From a virus (taxonomy: Duplodnaviria; Caudoviricetes): DNA of 64,000 nt. Below, in pieces: positions 20,489 through 30,699 of the stretch. Below the pieces are notes generated by a model. It saw only the letters and a program-made list of their open reading frames with translations. It ran no database searches and had not been told where the DNA came from. The stretch covers positions 32,001 to 96,000 of the IMG/VR virus record IMGVR_UViG_3300033463_005840, one strand, 5' to 3'. A program made the translations under genes and the position numbers. Each line of letters opens with the position of its first letter. Within the stretch, counting starts at the first letter, position 1.

Positions 20489-20980
20489 ATGTCTTGTATG
20501 CAGTTTTTTTCTAAAATGGTAGTCTTCCAAGAGGTGCCAGACGAGATTAGTTTGTCTTTTTCAATTGCCGGATGCCCCTTTAATTGTGAGGGTTGTTCTT
20601 GGAAAAACAGCTCAGTTTTTAAAAAGTTAAAACCAAAGCCTCTCGATGACTCTTTATATCAGCAATATCTTAACAAGTATAAGAACTATGTGTCTTGCGT
20701 TTGCTTTCTTGGCGGCGAATGGGAACAATCAGATTTAATTAATAAGTTAAAGATTGCAAAGAATAATAAGTTAAAGACCTGTCTTTATACAGGCAAGACC
20801 TTGGAATCCGTTGACTCTGATATAATAAAAAATCTTGATTATATTAAAGTCGGTGCTTATAATAAAAAACTTGGTGGTTTAAAATGCAAAACCACTAATC
20901 AAAAAATGTATGACTTAAATAAAAAGGTTTGTATTAACGATAAATTTCAGAAAGAAGATTTAAAGAAAGGAAAACTATAA
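20489..20980 (+). CDS. nrdG: anaerobic ribonucleotide reductase activase (radical SAM)
   Basis: VFQEVPDEISL..GCPFNCEGC, FLGGEW, LYTG, TTNQ; adjacent to nrdD. Confidence 0.92.
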   Translation: MSCMQFFSKMVVFQEVPDEISLSFSIAGCPFNCEGCSWKNSSVFKKLKPKPLDDSLYQQYLNKYKNYVSCVCFLGGEWEQSDLINKLKIAKNNKLKTCLYTGKTLESVDSDIIKNLDYIKVGAYNKKLGGLKCKTTNQKMYDLNKKVCINDKFQKEDLKKGKL

Positions 20981-20982
20981 TC

Positions 20983-23343
20983 ATGGCTAATAAGAAAGGA
21001 TTAATTAGCAAATTAACGCAAGCACAGATTGACAATAAAAAGGCTTTTGTCGATTCTTATATTAACGCATACAATAATAGCGATGCCAGTTTGGTTGATG
21101 CTAATGCCAATGTTTCTAGCAAAAATGTTGCTACATTAGCCGGTGAATTTTATAAAGACTTTAATGTTCAATTTAAAAGATGTATGGTTACAGACCATAT
21201 TAAAACTTTATATGGTGAAGAACTTGCACAAGAATACAACCGACAAATTGAGAAGCATGAGATTTACATTCATGATGAAAGCAATCCTTTTACTTATTAT
21301 TGTGCAGCAGTATCCCTTTATCCATTTTTGCTTAATGGCTTAAAAGACTTAGGCGGCGAATCTTTACCTCCGAAACATCTTGTTAGTTTTTGCGGTAGTT
21401 TTATTAATCTGGCATTTGCATTATCAAGTCAATTGGCCGGAGCTTGTTTGTATAAAGACCAAAAAGTTGTTATTAACGGTAAAAACATTAAAATAAAAGA
21501 TTTTGTTTCAAGTTTTGACTTGAATAAAAGTTTTGAGTCAGATGGTCAGATTTGGGAATATACTGATTTGCCTGAAGGATATTTTATTGCGGAAGATGGG
21601 CGTAATGTTAAGCTTACTAAAGTTTATCGTCGTAAATATAATGATTATATATACGAGATAACCACAAAGAGAGGCTTAAAAACCAGAACTAGCAAAGACC
21701 ACAGATTCAAACAAGATATTAACGGAAAAGAAATTGAAACCAGAGTGGAAGATTTAGAGATAGGCGATACGGTTTGTTCTAATACCGACTTGTCTTATAT
21801 TGATGACGTTTCAAATATAGACTTTGCTAAAAAGCCGTTTAAGGGGAATGATATAATTGTTGCCATAAAAGTTTTTGATAATGATGATGATTATGTTTAT
21901 GAAGTAGAAACAGAATCCCATTGGTATAATTGTGGGGGCCTTATTACTCATAATTGTGCTACTGTTGAGTTTCTTATGTATTTTGACTATTTTGCCAGAA
22001 AAGATTACGGCGATGATTATTTAGAAAAACATCCTGACATTATTGAAGCTTGTTTCCAACAAGTGGTATATTCTTTGAATATGCCAGCTAGTGCGAGATG
22101 CTATCAGTCAATCTTTTGGAATATATCAATCTTTGATAAATACTATTTTGACGCACTATTCAGTGAATTTGTTTTCCCTGATAGCAATGATGCTAAACCG
22201 GATTATAATAGCCTTAAAAAGCTTCAAGAGTTCTTTATGACTTGGTTTAATAAAGAAAGAACACGAGCTGTATTAACTTTCCCTGTAGTTACTGCTGCTA
22301 TGCTTACTGACGGCAATGGCAAAGCCAAAGATGAAGAGTTTAAAACTATGCTTTGCAAAGAACTTAGTGAGGGAAACTCTTTCTTTATTTATATGAGTGA
22401 TAGTGCAGCATCACTTTCAAGCTGTTGTAGACTCCAATCGCAAGTGGAAGAAAACGTTTTCAGTTATTCGCTTGGTGCCGGTGGTGTTTCCACAGGCTCA
22501 ATGAATGTCATTACTCTTAATGTTAATCGTTTTGTTCAAAATCTAGTTAAGAAAGACGGCAATGCTAATAATCTTGAATCTGCTTTAAAAGAACAAATTG
22601 AAAAGATTCATAAATACCAAATTGCTACTAAGGATTATTTAGAGACATACAATAAAGCCGGATTGATGCCGATTTATTCTGCTGGTTATATATCAACTAA
22701 AAAGCAATTCTTAACAATTGGTATTAATGGCTTATTAGAGTCTGCCGAGTTTTTAGGATATGAGATATCTGATAATGAAGATTATAAAAAGTATATCGCC
22801 AGAGTCCTTAAGGTCATTTATGACACTAATAAAGAGGGCCGGATTACTTACAAGCAAAGATTTAATACTGAGTTAGTTCCCGCAGAAAATCTTGGTGTTA
22901 AGAATTATAACTGGGACAAACGAGATGGCTATGTTGTTTCAGATTCCCGTTTCTGTTATAACTCTTATCTTTATAAAGTGGAAGATACAGAGATTGATAT
23001 TGTTGATAAATTCATTTTGCATGGTGGAGACAATCTTAAATACTTAGACGGAGGTTCTGCTTTACATCTTAATTTAGAGGAATATCCAACTGCTGAGGCA
23101 TACTCTAAGCTATTTGACTTAGCTGGAAAAACAGGATGCAATTATTGGACTACTAATGTTAAGATTACGATATGTGAGGATTGCGGTAATATTGACAAGA
23201 ACACATTAACGGAGTGTCCTAAGTGCCATAGTAAAAATGTTTCTTATGCAACTCGAATTATCGGGTATCTTAAAAAGATTGATTCCTTTAGTGAAGAGAG
23301 ACGTAAAGAAGAGTCATTAAGGTTCTACGATAAGGCAGTTTAA
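20983..23343 (+). CDS. nrdD: class III ribonucleotide reductase with mini-intein
   Basis: IYIHD, YCAA, SSCCRL finger loop, VPAENL, CEDC..CPKC, TRIIGYL glycyl-radical motif; no ATP cone. Confidence 0.93.
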   Translation: MANKKGLISKLTQAQIDNKKAFVDSYINAYNNSDASLVDANANVSSKNVATLAGEFYKDFNVQFKRCMVTDHIKTLYGEELAQEYNRQIEKHEIYIHDESNPFTYYCAAVSLYPFLLNGLKDLGGESLPPKHLVSFCGSFINLAFALSSQLAGACLYKDQKVVINGKNIKIKDFVSSFDLNKSFESDGQIWEYTDLPEGYFIAEDGRNVKLTKVYRRKYNDYIYEITTKRGLKTRTSKDHRFKQDINGKEIETRVEDLEIGDTVCSNTDLSYIDDVSNIDFAKKPFKGNDIIVAIKVFDNDDDYVYEVETESHWYNCGGLITHNCATVEFLMYFDYFARKDYGDDYLEKHPDIIEACFQQVVYSLNMPASARCYQSIFWNISIFDKYYFDALFSEFVFPDSNDAKPDYNSLKKLQEFFMTWFNKERTRAVLTFPVVTAAMLTDGNGKAKDEEFKTMLCKELSEGNSFFIYMSDSAASLSSCCRLQSQVEENVFSYSLGAGGVSTGSMNVITLNVNRFVQNLVKKDGNANNLESALKEQIEKIHKYQIATKDYLETYNKAGLMPIYSAGYISTKKQFLTIGINGLLESAEFLGYEISDNEDYKKYIARVLKVIYDTNKEGRITYKQRFNTELVPAENLGVKNYNWDKRDGYVVSDSRFCYNSYLYKVEDTEIDIVDKFILHGGDNLKYLDGGSALHLNLEEYPTAEAYSKLFDLAGKTGCNYWTTNVKITICEDCGNIDKNTLTECPKCHSKNVSYATRIIGYLKKIDSFSEERRKEESLRFYDKAV
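21445..21954 (+). mobile_element. mini-intein (170 aa) in NrdD
   Basis: AGA|CLYKDQ...TSKDH...VYEVET...ITHN|C; no LAGLIDADG motifs. Confidence 0.88.
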
Positions 23344-23363
23344 GACTTAATTTTGTTTCTTTT

Positions 23364-23416
23364 AAAAATCCCTCTTGTAAAAAAGAGGGATTTTTGTTTA
23401 ATATATATTTATAGAA
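23364..23416 (+). repeat. terminator + late promoter cassette
   Basis: AAAAATCCCTCTTGTAAAAAAGAGGGATTTTTGTTTAATATATATTTATAGAA, near-identical at 25919 and 32895. Confidence 0.85.
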
Positions 23417-23484
23417 GTTATCTCTCTAACTCTTATAAGGGATTGTGGGGGTAATAAGTAATACTTATATAAGGAATTAAAAAG

Positions 23485-23952
23485 ATGTTGAAAAGAAAAT
23501 CATTAAAACAAAGAGTGGTAGCATCAAATAGAATGTTGTCTCGTAAAAGAGTTCTTTCTGAAAAAGAGCTTAGCAAAGAGGAATATGAGGAGTTATTGGG
23601 ACAGTATGGTTATGAATATTTAAGTGAGAATTACCCCGATGATGTACCTTATGAAATGGGCATGTTACCTGAAATATTCCCTGTAAATGACGGCAATGAT
23701 TATTTTAGATTATTAAATAGTGTCTTTTTCGGTTATAAATATAATCCGTATGAAAAGCCTGATGGTACCTCTCATAGAGAATCTTTCAATCCTAATGATG
23801 CGTATTTTGCGTTTAATGGTTATGCCAATCTTGTCTCTATCGATGAGTATGATTATGAAGCTTATCTGAATAACCACATTGATAAAGACGATTTTATTGA
23901 TTTTTGTAAAGAGAATGGTTATCTGGAAGATGATTCCGAGGACGAAGAGTAA
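23485..23952 (+). CDS. acidic protein, FNPND-YF family paralog 3, N-terminal basic tag
   Basis: RVVAS..RVLS leader; FNPNDAYFAFNGYANLVSI...DDFIDFCKENGYL. Confidence 0.75.
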   Translation: MLKRKSLKQRVVASNRMLSRKRVLSEKELSKEEYEELLGQYGYEYLSENYPDDVPYEMGMLPEIFPVNDGNDYFRLLNSVFFGYKYNPYEKPDGTSHRESFNPNDAYFAFNGYANLVSIDEYDYEAYLNNHIDKDDFIDFCKENGYLEDDSEDEE

Positions 23953-24068
23953 AATAGGAGAAATCTTATGCCTAAAAACAGTAATTAAATCAATTTCATT
24001 AACTGTTGTTTAAATCTATGAAATAGGTTACAATAATTTTAATATATATTTATAGAAGGAGTATTTAC

Positions 24069-25367
24069 TTGAAGACAATAAGCTTACCATATAATTGTTC
24101 TGTAGAAGATAGAAATTTTATTAAAAATGAGATTTCTAAGTCTTCTAATATGGTTAGATACTCCTTCAATAGATTTAAGGAAAATCTTTCAGAGAAAGCG
24201 ATTAGGAACCTCTCTAAGAATCTTAATAGAATACCTAATGATTCATGGTTAATCCAGTGCGCTATTAAGAAAGCTAACTACCTCTTTAAGACTAATAAAG
24301 ATTCTAAAGTAATTTTTGGTAGCAAGTTTAATTTCTTTCAGAGATTGAAGAAAAAGATTAGTAAGGAAGACTTTAAGAATAATAGATTATTAGGTATTTA
24401 TTCTCAAGGCGAGATTTTAAGAAATGGTAATAGAAAGTTTAAACTTGATTTAGATTCTAACTTAGTAATTTTTAAATTTTCACCTAAGAAACACATAAAG
24501 TTGCAACTTCCAAGACTTAGAAAAAATTATCTTTATGAGTTAACTAAGTTAGAAGGACTATGTTCTAATAAGAAAGCCCTTTTTTCAGTTGAACTAAAGT
24601 TAGATACTATATCAATAACTTTTGATGAGTCTCTTATTTATACCAGTAACTACCAAGGTTTTAATAACAGAGTAGCTGCCATAGATATGAATCCTGACTC
24701 AATAGGATTCTCAATTAGTGAATTTAACGGAGATACCCAAAAAGTTTTATATAGTGAATTGATAAACTTTTCATATTATATGAAAAACTTACATAAGAGT
24801 AGTAACTCTAAAGAATCTAAATATCAGAATAACAAACAAAAACATGAACTTAGAGAAGTAGCTAAGAGAATCATAAATATCTGTAAAAATTTTAAAGTAT
24901 CTCAATTTGGAATTGAAGACTTAAATTTCAAATCTAATAATCTAAATTCGAGAGAACTTAATCGTAGAACTAAAAACAAATGGAAACGCATTTGCTTGTA
25001 CCAAGCAATCAGAAAGCAGTGCGTTTTAAATAACATAGAGTTTAAAGAGGTTAATCCTTGCTACTCATCTTTCATAGGAAATCTATCCTATAACTATCCA
25101 GATGCTATAGCTGCCTCTTTAGAGTTAGCTCGTAGAGCTAATTTTAAGTATATCAAAGGTAAATTCTATCCTAGTCTTATAACAAAAGAAAGTCTATTTA
25201 ACCGTTGGAAGGAATCAATAGACTGGATGTATAAGTCTTGGAAAGAACTCTTTGATATAATAAAAATGTCTGAATTGAAATACAGACATTCTTTAGAAGA
25301 ATACTCTTCCAGAGTTTTTAGCAAATTCTATTCTAAATCTAAGATAACTTTGTATGGTTTTAAATAG
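24069..25367 (+). CDS. tnpB: IS200/IS605 TnpB-related (Cas12f-like) RuvC protein
   Basis: RuvC-I AIDMNP, RuvC-II IEDL, VNPCYSS..PDAIAAS; no Zn finger; TTG start after GAAGGAG. Confidence 0.8.
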   Translation: MKTISLPYNCSVEDRNFIKNEISKSSNMVRYSFNRFKENLSEKAIRNLSKNLNRIPNDSWLIQCAIKKANYLFKTNKDSKVIFGSKFNFFQRLKKKISKEDFKNNRLLGIYSQGEILRNGNRKFKLDLDSNLVIFKFSPKKHIKLQLPRLRKNYLYELTKLEGLCSNKKALFSVELKLDTISITFDESLIYTSNYQGFNNRVAAIDMNPDSIGFSISEFNGDTQKVLYSELINFSYYMKNLHKSSNSKESKYQNNKQKHELREVAKRIINICKNFKVSQFGIEDLNFKSNNLNSRELNRRTKNKWKRICLYQAIRKQCVLNNIEFKEVNPCYSSFIGNLSYNYPDAIAASLELARRANFKYIKGKFYPSLITKESLFNRWKESIDWMYKSWKELFDIIKMSELKYRHSLEEYSSRVFSKFYSKSKITLYGFK

Positions 25368-25377
25368 ATGAGAATAG

Positions 25378-25452
25378 GATTTGTATTTTATGGATGAAGC
25401 CGTTTTCTATGAAAACGAACAAGATGGATTCTATATTTATCGCATGAATTAA
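25378..25452 (+). pseudogene. possible C-terminal remnant of an interrupted gene
   Basis: DLYFMDEAVFYENEQDGFYIYRMN-stop after tnpB; orphan RBS+ATG (MPKNSN-stop, 23968) before tnpB. Confidence 0.35.
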
Positions 25453-25469
25453 AATGAGGTTTCAAGCAA

Positions 25470-25898
25470 ATGAGCGGACTTTTAGATTATACCGTAGCTA
25501 ACCAATCACAAGAGGAATATCAGGTTGATTTTCCTGCTGCCAGATGTATATGCAACATCTATGCGAAAGCCAATGAATCTTTAAATCTCGAATTTGTTTG
25601 GAAAGACGGGACCGGTGTAGTCAAAAATCTTAGTGATTACACCGGTAAAATGTCAATCAAAGAACGTAAAGACGGTCATATTGTAGTTGCTACTTGCGGG
25701 AACTCGCCAGATGACGATGGTACTTTAGAGACATTTTCTAATGGACATATCAAAATTTATATGGCTGCTGATAAATTTAGACAACTCTATAAAAGTGGCA
25801 CTTGGGTTTATGATATATTATTGAAAGCTCCGAGTGGGGATGTTACTAGATTAATAGAGGGTAATGTTTACATAGACAGAGGCGTAACAAATTTTTAA
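25470..25898 (+). CDS. putative baseplate/tail-associated Ig-like protein (BppU-N-like)
   Basis: NLSDYTGKMSIK...WVYDILL...RLIEG.V pattern. Confidence 0.5.
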   Translation: MSGLLDYTVANQSQEEYQVDFPAARCICNIYAKANESLNLEFVWKDGTGVVKNLSDYTGKMSIKERKDGHIVVATCGNSPDDDGTLETFSNGHIKIYMAADKFRQLYKSGTWVYDILLKAPSGDVTRLIEGNVYIDRGVTNF

Positions 25899-25918
25899 AC
25901 TTCAATTTCGTTTCTTTT

Positions 25919-25971
25919 AAAAATCTCTCTTGTAAAAAAGAGGGATTTTTGTTTAATATATATTTATAGAA
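25919..25971 (+). repeat. terminator + late promoter cassette
   Basis: Copy of the 23364 cassette, upstream of portal. Confidence 0.85.
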
Positions 25972-25996
25972 AACGTTTTCTATAGAAAGACTATAT

Positions 25997-28069
25997 ATGT
26001 TTAAGAATATTAGTAAATATGGTTTAGAAAAACAAGTTGATGGCAAATTAGGTTTTGCATATCGTGTTGTTTCATCTGAGTTGAAAAAGCCTGAAGCTGT
26101 CGTAGCTAACGCATTAGGTTCTTCTTTACAGAATAAAAACATCTCTAGTGAAAAGAATCTTAAAGCTGTTGAGCAACGCCTGTCTGAGTGTAGTGCGACT
26201 GAAAAACTTCCTTCCCCGTCAGGTAAGAAAAAGCACAAAGTGACAGCTTCGGGTGTTCCGGCTTTTGGTGGTATTGGCAATGCTAATAATATGGCAGGTA
26301 GTTCTGTTGGTTCTTTGACCCCCTACCTTCCGATACTGGACGGCATTATTAATGCTGACGACTGGGTTACGAAAAGAAAGATATATCGTGATATTTATTC
26401 TTACGACTTAGCAGGGGCAGTTGTTGACATATTCGCTAATTTGCCTTTCTCTGATTTTAACTTAGTCGGTATAGATGATAAAGGCGTTTTAGATACATAC
26501 GCTTCGGCAATAGCAAATTTACCTTTACGTTCTATGCTTCCGGCAATTACCGTTGACTATCTTGTTAATGGTGCTTTTTTAGGCAGTTTGGATTATAGAG
26601 ATTCAAAGTTTAATTATTTATTCCCACATAATTTAGATGATGCTATTATAAAGAACCTCGGTTTATTTGTTGGAGACCCTATTGTCGATGTTAAGTTACC
26701 ACCACAAATTTTAGAGGTTTTAGATATAACAGGGGACCCTCGTATTGATGCGTTGAAAGAAAAACTGCCTCCTTATATGACAAGTGATAGGAATGGCAAT
26801 AACGTTATTCAATTAGAGCCTGAATATACAATGTATATTCCTAGAGGCGGGATGTCTACTGCTAATATGGGTAGCTCATTTTTTAACAGAATTTTGACAA
26901 TTCATCTTGTCGAGAAAGCTCTTATTAAAGGAACGATTGAGTCGGCACAACGCAGACAAAGAGCTATTATGCACATCCAAGCAGGTATTGACGGTGTATG
27001 GGAACCTACTAATGAAGAGTTAACACAGATTGCTAACCTAGTTTTAGCTGCTGACCTTGACCCTATTTCCGGTATTGTTGTTACGAGAAATGGTGTTCAA
27101 TTTAGTGATATAAAAGCAGGTTCTGATTTTTGGAACTGGACAGAGATTTTTGATTTTGCTACTAAAGCTAAATTAGAAGCACTTGGTGTTAATGAGGGAA
27201 TATTATCTGGGGATGCTTCCTTTAATACATTAGAGGCGGCTCTTTCGAGTTTTATGGATAATATTACTTATACAAGAGAATTAATCTCTAACAAAGTTTT
27301 TGAAGAGAAATTATTTAAGATTGTTGCTAAAGATAACGGATTTTATAAAGAGAATAAAACGGGTGCAGTTCTTTCTACTATTGACGAGCCTAAAAAAGTT
27401 GAGTATATTAACCCCTTAACAATCTTAGCTGTCAATAATAACAAAGATGAAGATGGCAGAGAGTATAATATGCCTACAATTCTCTGGGAAAGACAGTTAA
27501 AGCCTCATGCCGATACTGACTATATGGAAATCTTGCAAAGACTTGAAGAGAAAGGCATTCCGATACCTTTAAGATTATATGCGGCTGCCGGCGGTGAAAA
27601 CATTGATGATTTGATTAAAGCAATGGATAATGATGCGGAGTTGCAAATAAAAATAGCTGAGAATAAGAAAGCATTGATTGAGGATGCCAAAAGAGAAAAG
27701 GTTTTAAAATTTCTTAATGTTGAAGGTGCTGATTCTTTTGATGAGGGTGGCTTCGACAACAATGATTTCGGTGGAGATAATTTTGGAAGTGATAATTTCG
27801 GTGATGATAATTTTTCGGATAACGAACCCTCCGGCGAAGAAGAGAATCCGGAAAATACTTTATCATCGTCTGTTAATAATATAAACAAAGGTATTCTTAG
27901 TAGTGCTAATAAGGCAAGACATATTACAGAGTTAGATAATCTTTATGGCCCTCGAATTAGAGATAGTGAGGGCAGACGGAGACCTTTGACTCCTGAAATG
28001 AGAAAACACATTGAAGATAAAGCTAATCAACAGATTAGTGACGCTTTGAAAAAGATGAGCGAAAAGTGA
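25997..28069 (+). CDS. portal protein
   Basis: 690 aa; IYRDIY..AVVD..LPFSDF, ALGVNEGILSGDASF and an acidic DNFG-repeat tail; late motif upstream. Confidence 0.7.
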   Translation: MFKNISKYGLEKQVDGKLGFAYRVVSSELKKPEAVVANALGSSLQNKNISSEKNLKAVEQRLSECSATEKLPSPSGKKKHKVTASGVPAFGGIGNANNMAGSSVGSLTPYLPILDGIINADDWVTKRKIYRDIYSYDLAGAVVDIFANLPFSDFNLVGIDDKGVLDTYASAIANLPLRSMLPAITVDYLVNGAFLGSLDYRDSKFNYLFPHNLDDAIIKNLGLFVGDPIVDVKLPPQILEVLDITGDPRIDALKEKLPPYMTSDRNGNNVIQLEPEYTMYIPRGGMSTANMGSSFFNRILTIHLVEKALIKGTIESAQRRQRAIMHIQAGIDGVWEPTNEELTQIANLVLAADLDPISGIVVTRNGVQFSDIKAGSDFWNWTEIFDFATKAKLEALGVNEGILSGDASFNTLEAALSSFMDNITYTRELISNKVFEEKLFKIVAKDNGFYKENKTGAVLSTIDEPKKVEYINPLTILAVNNNKDEDGREYNMPTILWERQLKPHADTDYMEILQRLEEKGIPIPLRLYAAAGGENIDDLIKAMDNDAELQIKIAENKKALIEDAKREKVLKFLNVEGADSFDEGGFDNNDFGGDNFGSDNFGDDNFSDNEPSGEEENPENTLSSSVNNINKGILSSANKARHITELDNLYGPRIRDSEGRRRPLTPEMRKHIEDKANQQISDALKKMSEK

Positions 28070-28113
28070 TACTTGAAAAGTTTTTATGCTAAAAAGAAAA
28101 GCAGAGAATAAAA

Positions 28114-28782
28114 ATGGCAGATTACTATATAAATAAAGACACTAATGCTAATACTTTTTATGTTCATAATGCGGGTAAGCAGACTGTTATTCATTACTGG
28201 AAAAAAACTAAGGTTAACTGGACACAGCCGGTATTAGCTAGTGATACGACAAATACTTCTGAAGGTACTATTCAGGTAAACGCTTCAAGTTTGTATAATA
28301 GAGCTGCAAATAATTATGCTCATAATCCTTTCAGAGGTTTTCAATACAATACTTACTGGTCATGGATTCCCTCTTATGCTTCTGCGTGGTGGCAAGTTAA
28401 ATTCCCTTATACTTTATACATAACGGGTATTCAAGTATATACTTCTATATTAAGAACATATTCAGGTGGAGGAAGTTCTAGTTACACTACTGTATCAGGA
28501 CGTTTTTACACTTCAAACAGTAAAAGCACGCCAATAGGCAATTCTTTTACGACATCTAAAACCTCTGGACAAACAATAACTACTGTAGGTGGCATTTCGT
28601 CATCCGGCATAGCTACAAGTATTCTTTATTTTGCTAAAACAGGTGGTGAGCAACATGGCGGTCTTGGACATATTGTTATAACCGCAAAAAGAGACGGTCC
28701 TGTTGTTGAGGGAACATCATCCGATTATGATTATACAACAACCGAAACTGTAACAGTTTACAAGATTAATAAAGGAGTTTAA
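28114..28782 (+). CDS. discoidin/galactose-binding-like virion protein
   Basis: VNASS..PFRGF....W....WWQVKFP..YITGI resembles an F5/8C-like fold; Ser/Thr/Gly-rich. Confidence 0.5.
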   Translation: MADYYINKDTNANTFYVHNAGKQTVIHYWKKTKVNWTQPVLASDTTNTSEGTIQVNASSLYNRAANNYAHNPFRGFQYNTYWSWIPSYASAWWQVKFPYTLYITGIQVYTSILRTYSGGGSSSYTTVSGRFYTSNSKSTPIGNSFTTSKTSGQTITTVGGISSSGIATSILYFAKTGGEQHGGLGHIVITAKRDGPVVEGTSSDYDYTTTETVTVYKINKGV

Positions 28783-28784
28783 CG

Positions 28785-29312
28785 ATGGAAAGAATAAGAC
28801 GAATCAGTGATAGACGCAATCCAAGCTTCTTTAAAAGAAGTCAATCTCCTATGAGACGTAATCGGGTATTGTCTGCTCCAAGTAAATACAAACAAGACAC
28901 TTTTAAATTCAGAGGATTCCCTGTTACTCTCTTGTTAAAGAAAGTGTGGGCAGTTCAATTAAAAACATCTAAGTATGTTAATATTGCTAAGGTTGATATT
29001 GTTTCTAATAGAGAGATTAATTTTGTTACGGTGACAAGAATCCCAGGTGAAGCTCCGAGATTACATAGAGTCAGGGTTTATTCATCGGACCCGAATTACC
29101 CAGATAGACTTGTTGACTGTAAGTCAGTTAGATATGAGTGTGATTGTGCAGACCATAAATATCGGAAAGAAGTCGCTGACTCTTTGCATTATATTTCAGA
29201 TATTAAATACAGTAATGGTAATATGCCTCTTGAAACAAATCCTGGTATGGTTCCCGGCATTTGCAAACACGCATTTAAAGCTTTAATGTATATTTATCAA
29301 CATAGGCTTTAA
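28785..29312 (+). CDS. SWIM zinc-finger protein with basic leader
   Basis: CDCAD...PGICKH; leader ends RVLSA. Confidence 0.7.
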   Translation: MERIRRISDRRNPSFFKRSQSPMRRNRVLSAPSKYKQDTFKFRGFPVTLLLKKVWAVQLKTSKYVNIAKVDIVSNREINFVTVTRIPGEAPRLHRVRVYSSDPNYPDRLVDCKSVRYECDCADHKYRKEVADSLHYISDIKYSNGNMPLETNPGMVPGICKHAFKALMYIYQHRL

Positions 29313-29352
29313 ATTTTTCTTTAAATACCAAAAATATTAAAATTCGTTAAAA

Positions 29353-30699
29353 TCAGTAAAATTGATTAACTAATTTTAAAGTTTTTGACTCAAAGACTTT
29401 TTCATCAAAAGGAAATCTATATTTAAGTTTAGATTTCTTTAACAAGGAAAATAATTCTTGCCAATTCTCAAAATCAATAAAGCACTTTACTTCTTCCAAC
29501 GAGTGTTTTACTTTATCTTTTAACGATTCTAAAATTGGTAGAACTATATTCTTTGTTTTATTCTTAATCTTCATAATGTATTGAAGATTAAATTCATAGC
29601 ACCTTCTGGATATTTCAATAGATGCTAGAATAGGGTCAGGTAACTGTAAATTTCTATAAACTAAGTTACCTATTATTGAACTGTAATTAGGAATTACTTT
29701 TAAGAATTTGATTCCTAATATTTTGCAACGTTTTTCAAGATTACTAGAAAGTTTATTTCTATTCCAGTTATTTAAAATGAGTTTATTATTAGCTCTTCCA
29801 TAACCTAAATCTTTAGATTTCATGTTCAAATCTTCAATAGCAAAGCACTCACATTGATAATGTTTAGCTAATTTGATGAGATATTTAGAAGATTCTAAAG
29901 TTTCGTATACTCTCTTATTATGAGTATAAACTCTATCATTACTATTGCTAGGTAATTTTCTGTCTTTTAGAGACTTATCATAATCATTCAACGATTTTAA
30001 AGAGATAATTCCGGTTTTAACAATCTCAAATTTTTCAGAATCTTTCCAATCTAAGATACTATAACCCATATAATTAGGATTCATGTCGATAGACATTACT
30101 CTATTTTCAATAGGCTTGACTAATTCTTCTTGAAGAATAATTTCATCGAAAGATATGTAAACATATTGTTTATCAAGCTTATAAGTTATAGGTAAATCAC
30201 AAGATAATTGATGACGATATAACTTTCTTAAAATAGAAACCCTATTTTTACCTACACCTATAAGATTCAAAGAAATTTTAGTCCCTGATTTTGGTTGAAA
30301 GATAACCCTATCTAAAGATTCAACTAATCTGAATAACCTATTACCTTTACATCTACCTTCTCCCGTAGAAGTAAAAGGAACTAATTTTTTCTCCTTAAAG
30401 TCTTCCTTAGAGATATTCTTTCTAAATCTTTGCTCAAATAGTTTCTTACCACCAAATAAAATAACCTCATCTTTAGAATCTTTTATCAAATAACTAGCGT
30501 CTTTAACACAAGATTGTCTAAACCAACTATTCATTAATTCGAGATTATTAAACTCTAAATGTTTACAAGCTGTTTCTGATATACCTTCTTTTAATCTATT
30601 GTAGAATAAATGTAATAGATTATTATACTGTCTCTGGTAATTAGAGATAGTATCTTTAAATGACTCTTGAACTGTGTATCTAATCTTTAAAGTTATCAT
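29353..30699 (-). CDS. tnpB: IS200/IS605 TnpB-related (Cas12f-like) RuvC protein
   Basis: SIDMNPN, AIEDL, PNYSSIIGN..PDPILASIEISRR; homologous to the 24069 gene; TTTACT-17-TACAAT promoter upstream. Confidence 0.8.
   Translation of the reverse strand: MITLKIRYTVQESFKDTISNYQRQYNNLLHLFYNRLKEGISETACKHLEFNNLELMNSWFRQSCVKDASYLIKDSKDEVILFGGKKLFEQRFRKNISKEDFKEKKLVPFTSTGEGRCKGNRLFRLVESLDRVIFQPKSGTKISLNLIGVGKNRVSILRKLYRHQLSCDLPITYKLDKQYVYISFDEIILQEELVKPIENRVMSIDMNPNYMGYSILDWKDSEKFEIVKTGIISLKSLNDYDKSLKDRKLPSNSNDRVYTHNKRVYETLESSKYLIKLAKHYQCECFAIEDLNMKSKDLGYGRANNKLILNNWNRNKLSSNLEKRCKILGIKFLKVIPNYSSIIGNLVYRNLQLPDPILASIEISRRCYEFNLQYIMKIKNKTKNIVLPILESLKDKVKHSLEEVKCFIDFENWQELFSLLKKSKLKYRFPFDEKVFESKTLKLVNQFY

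Noticed and set aside
25368-25420. TnpB guide target within this window
   Set aside because: Only short chance-level matches (about 9 nt) were noticed
25846-26280. Minus-strand ORFs 25846..26280 and 32876..33178 sharing YKYILNKNPSF
   Set aside because: The shared peptide is just the reverse translation of the terminator-promoter cassette
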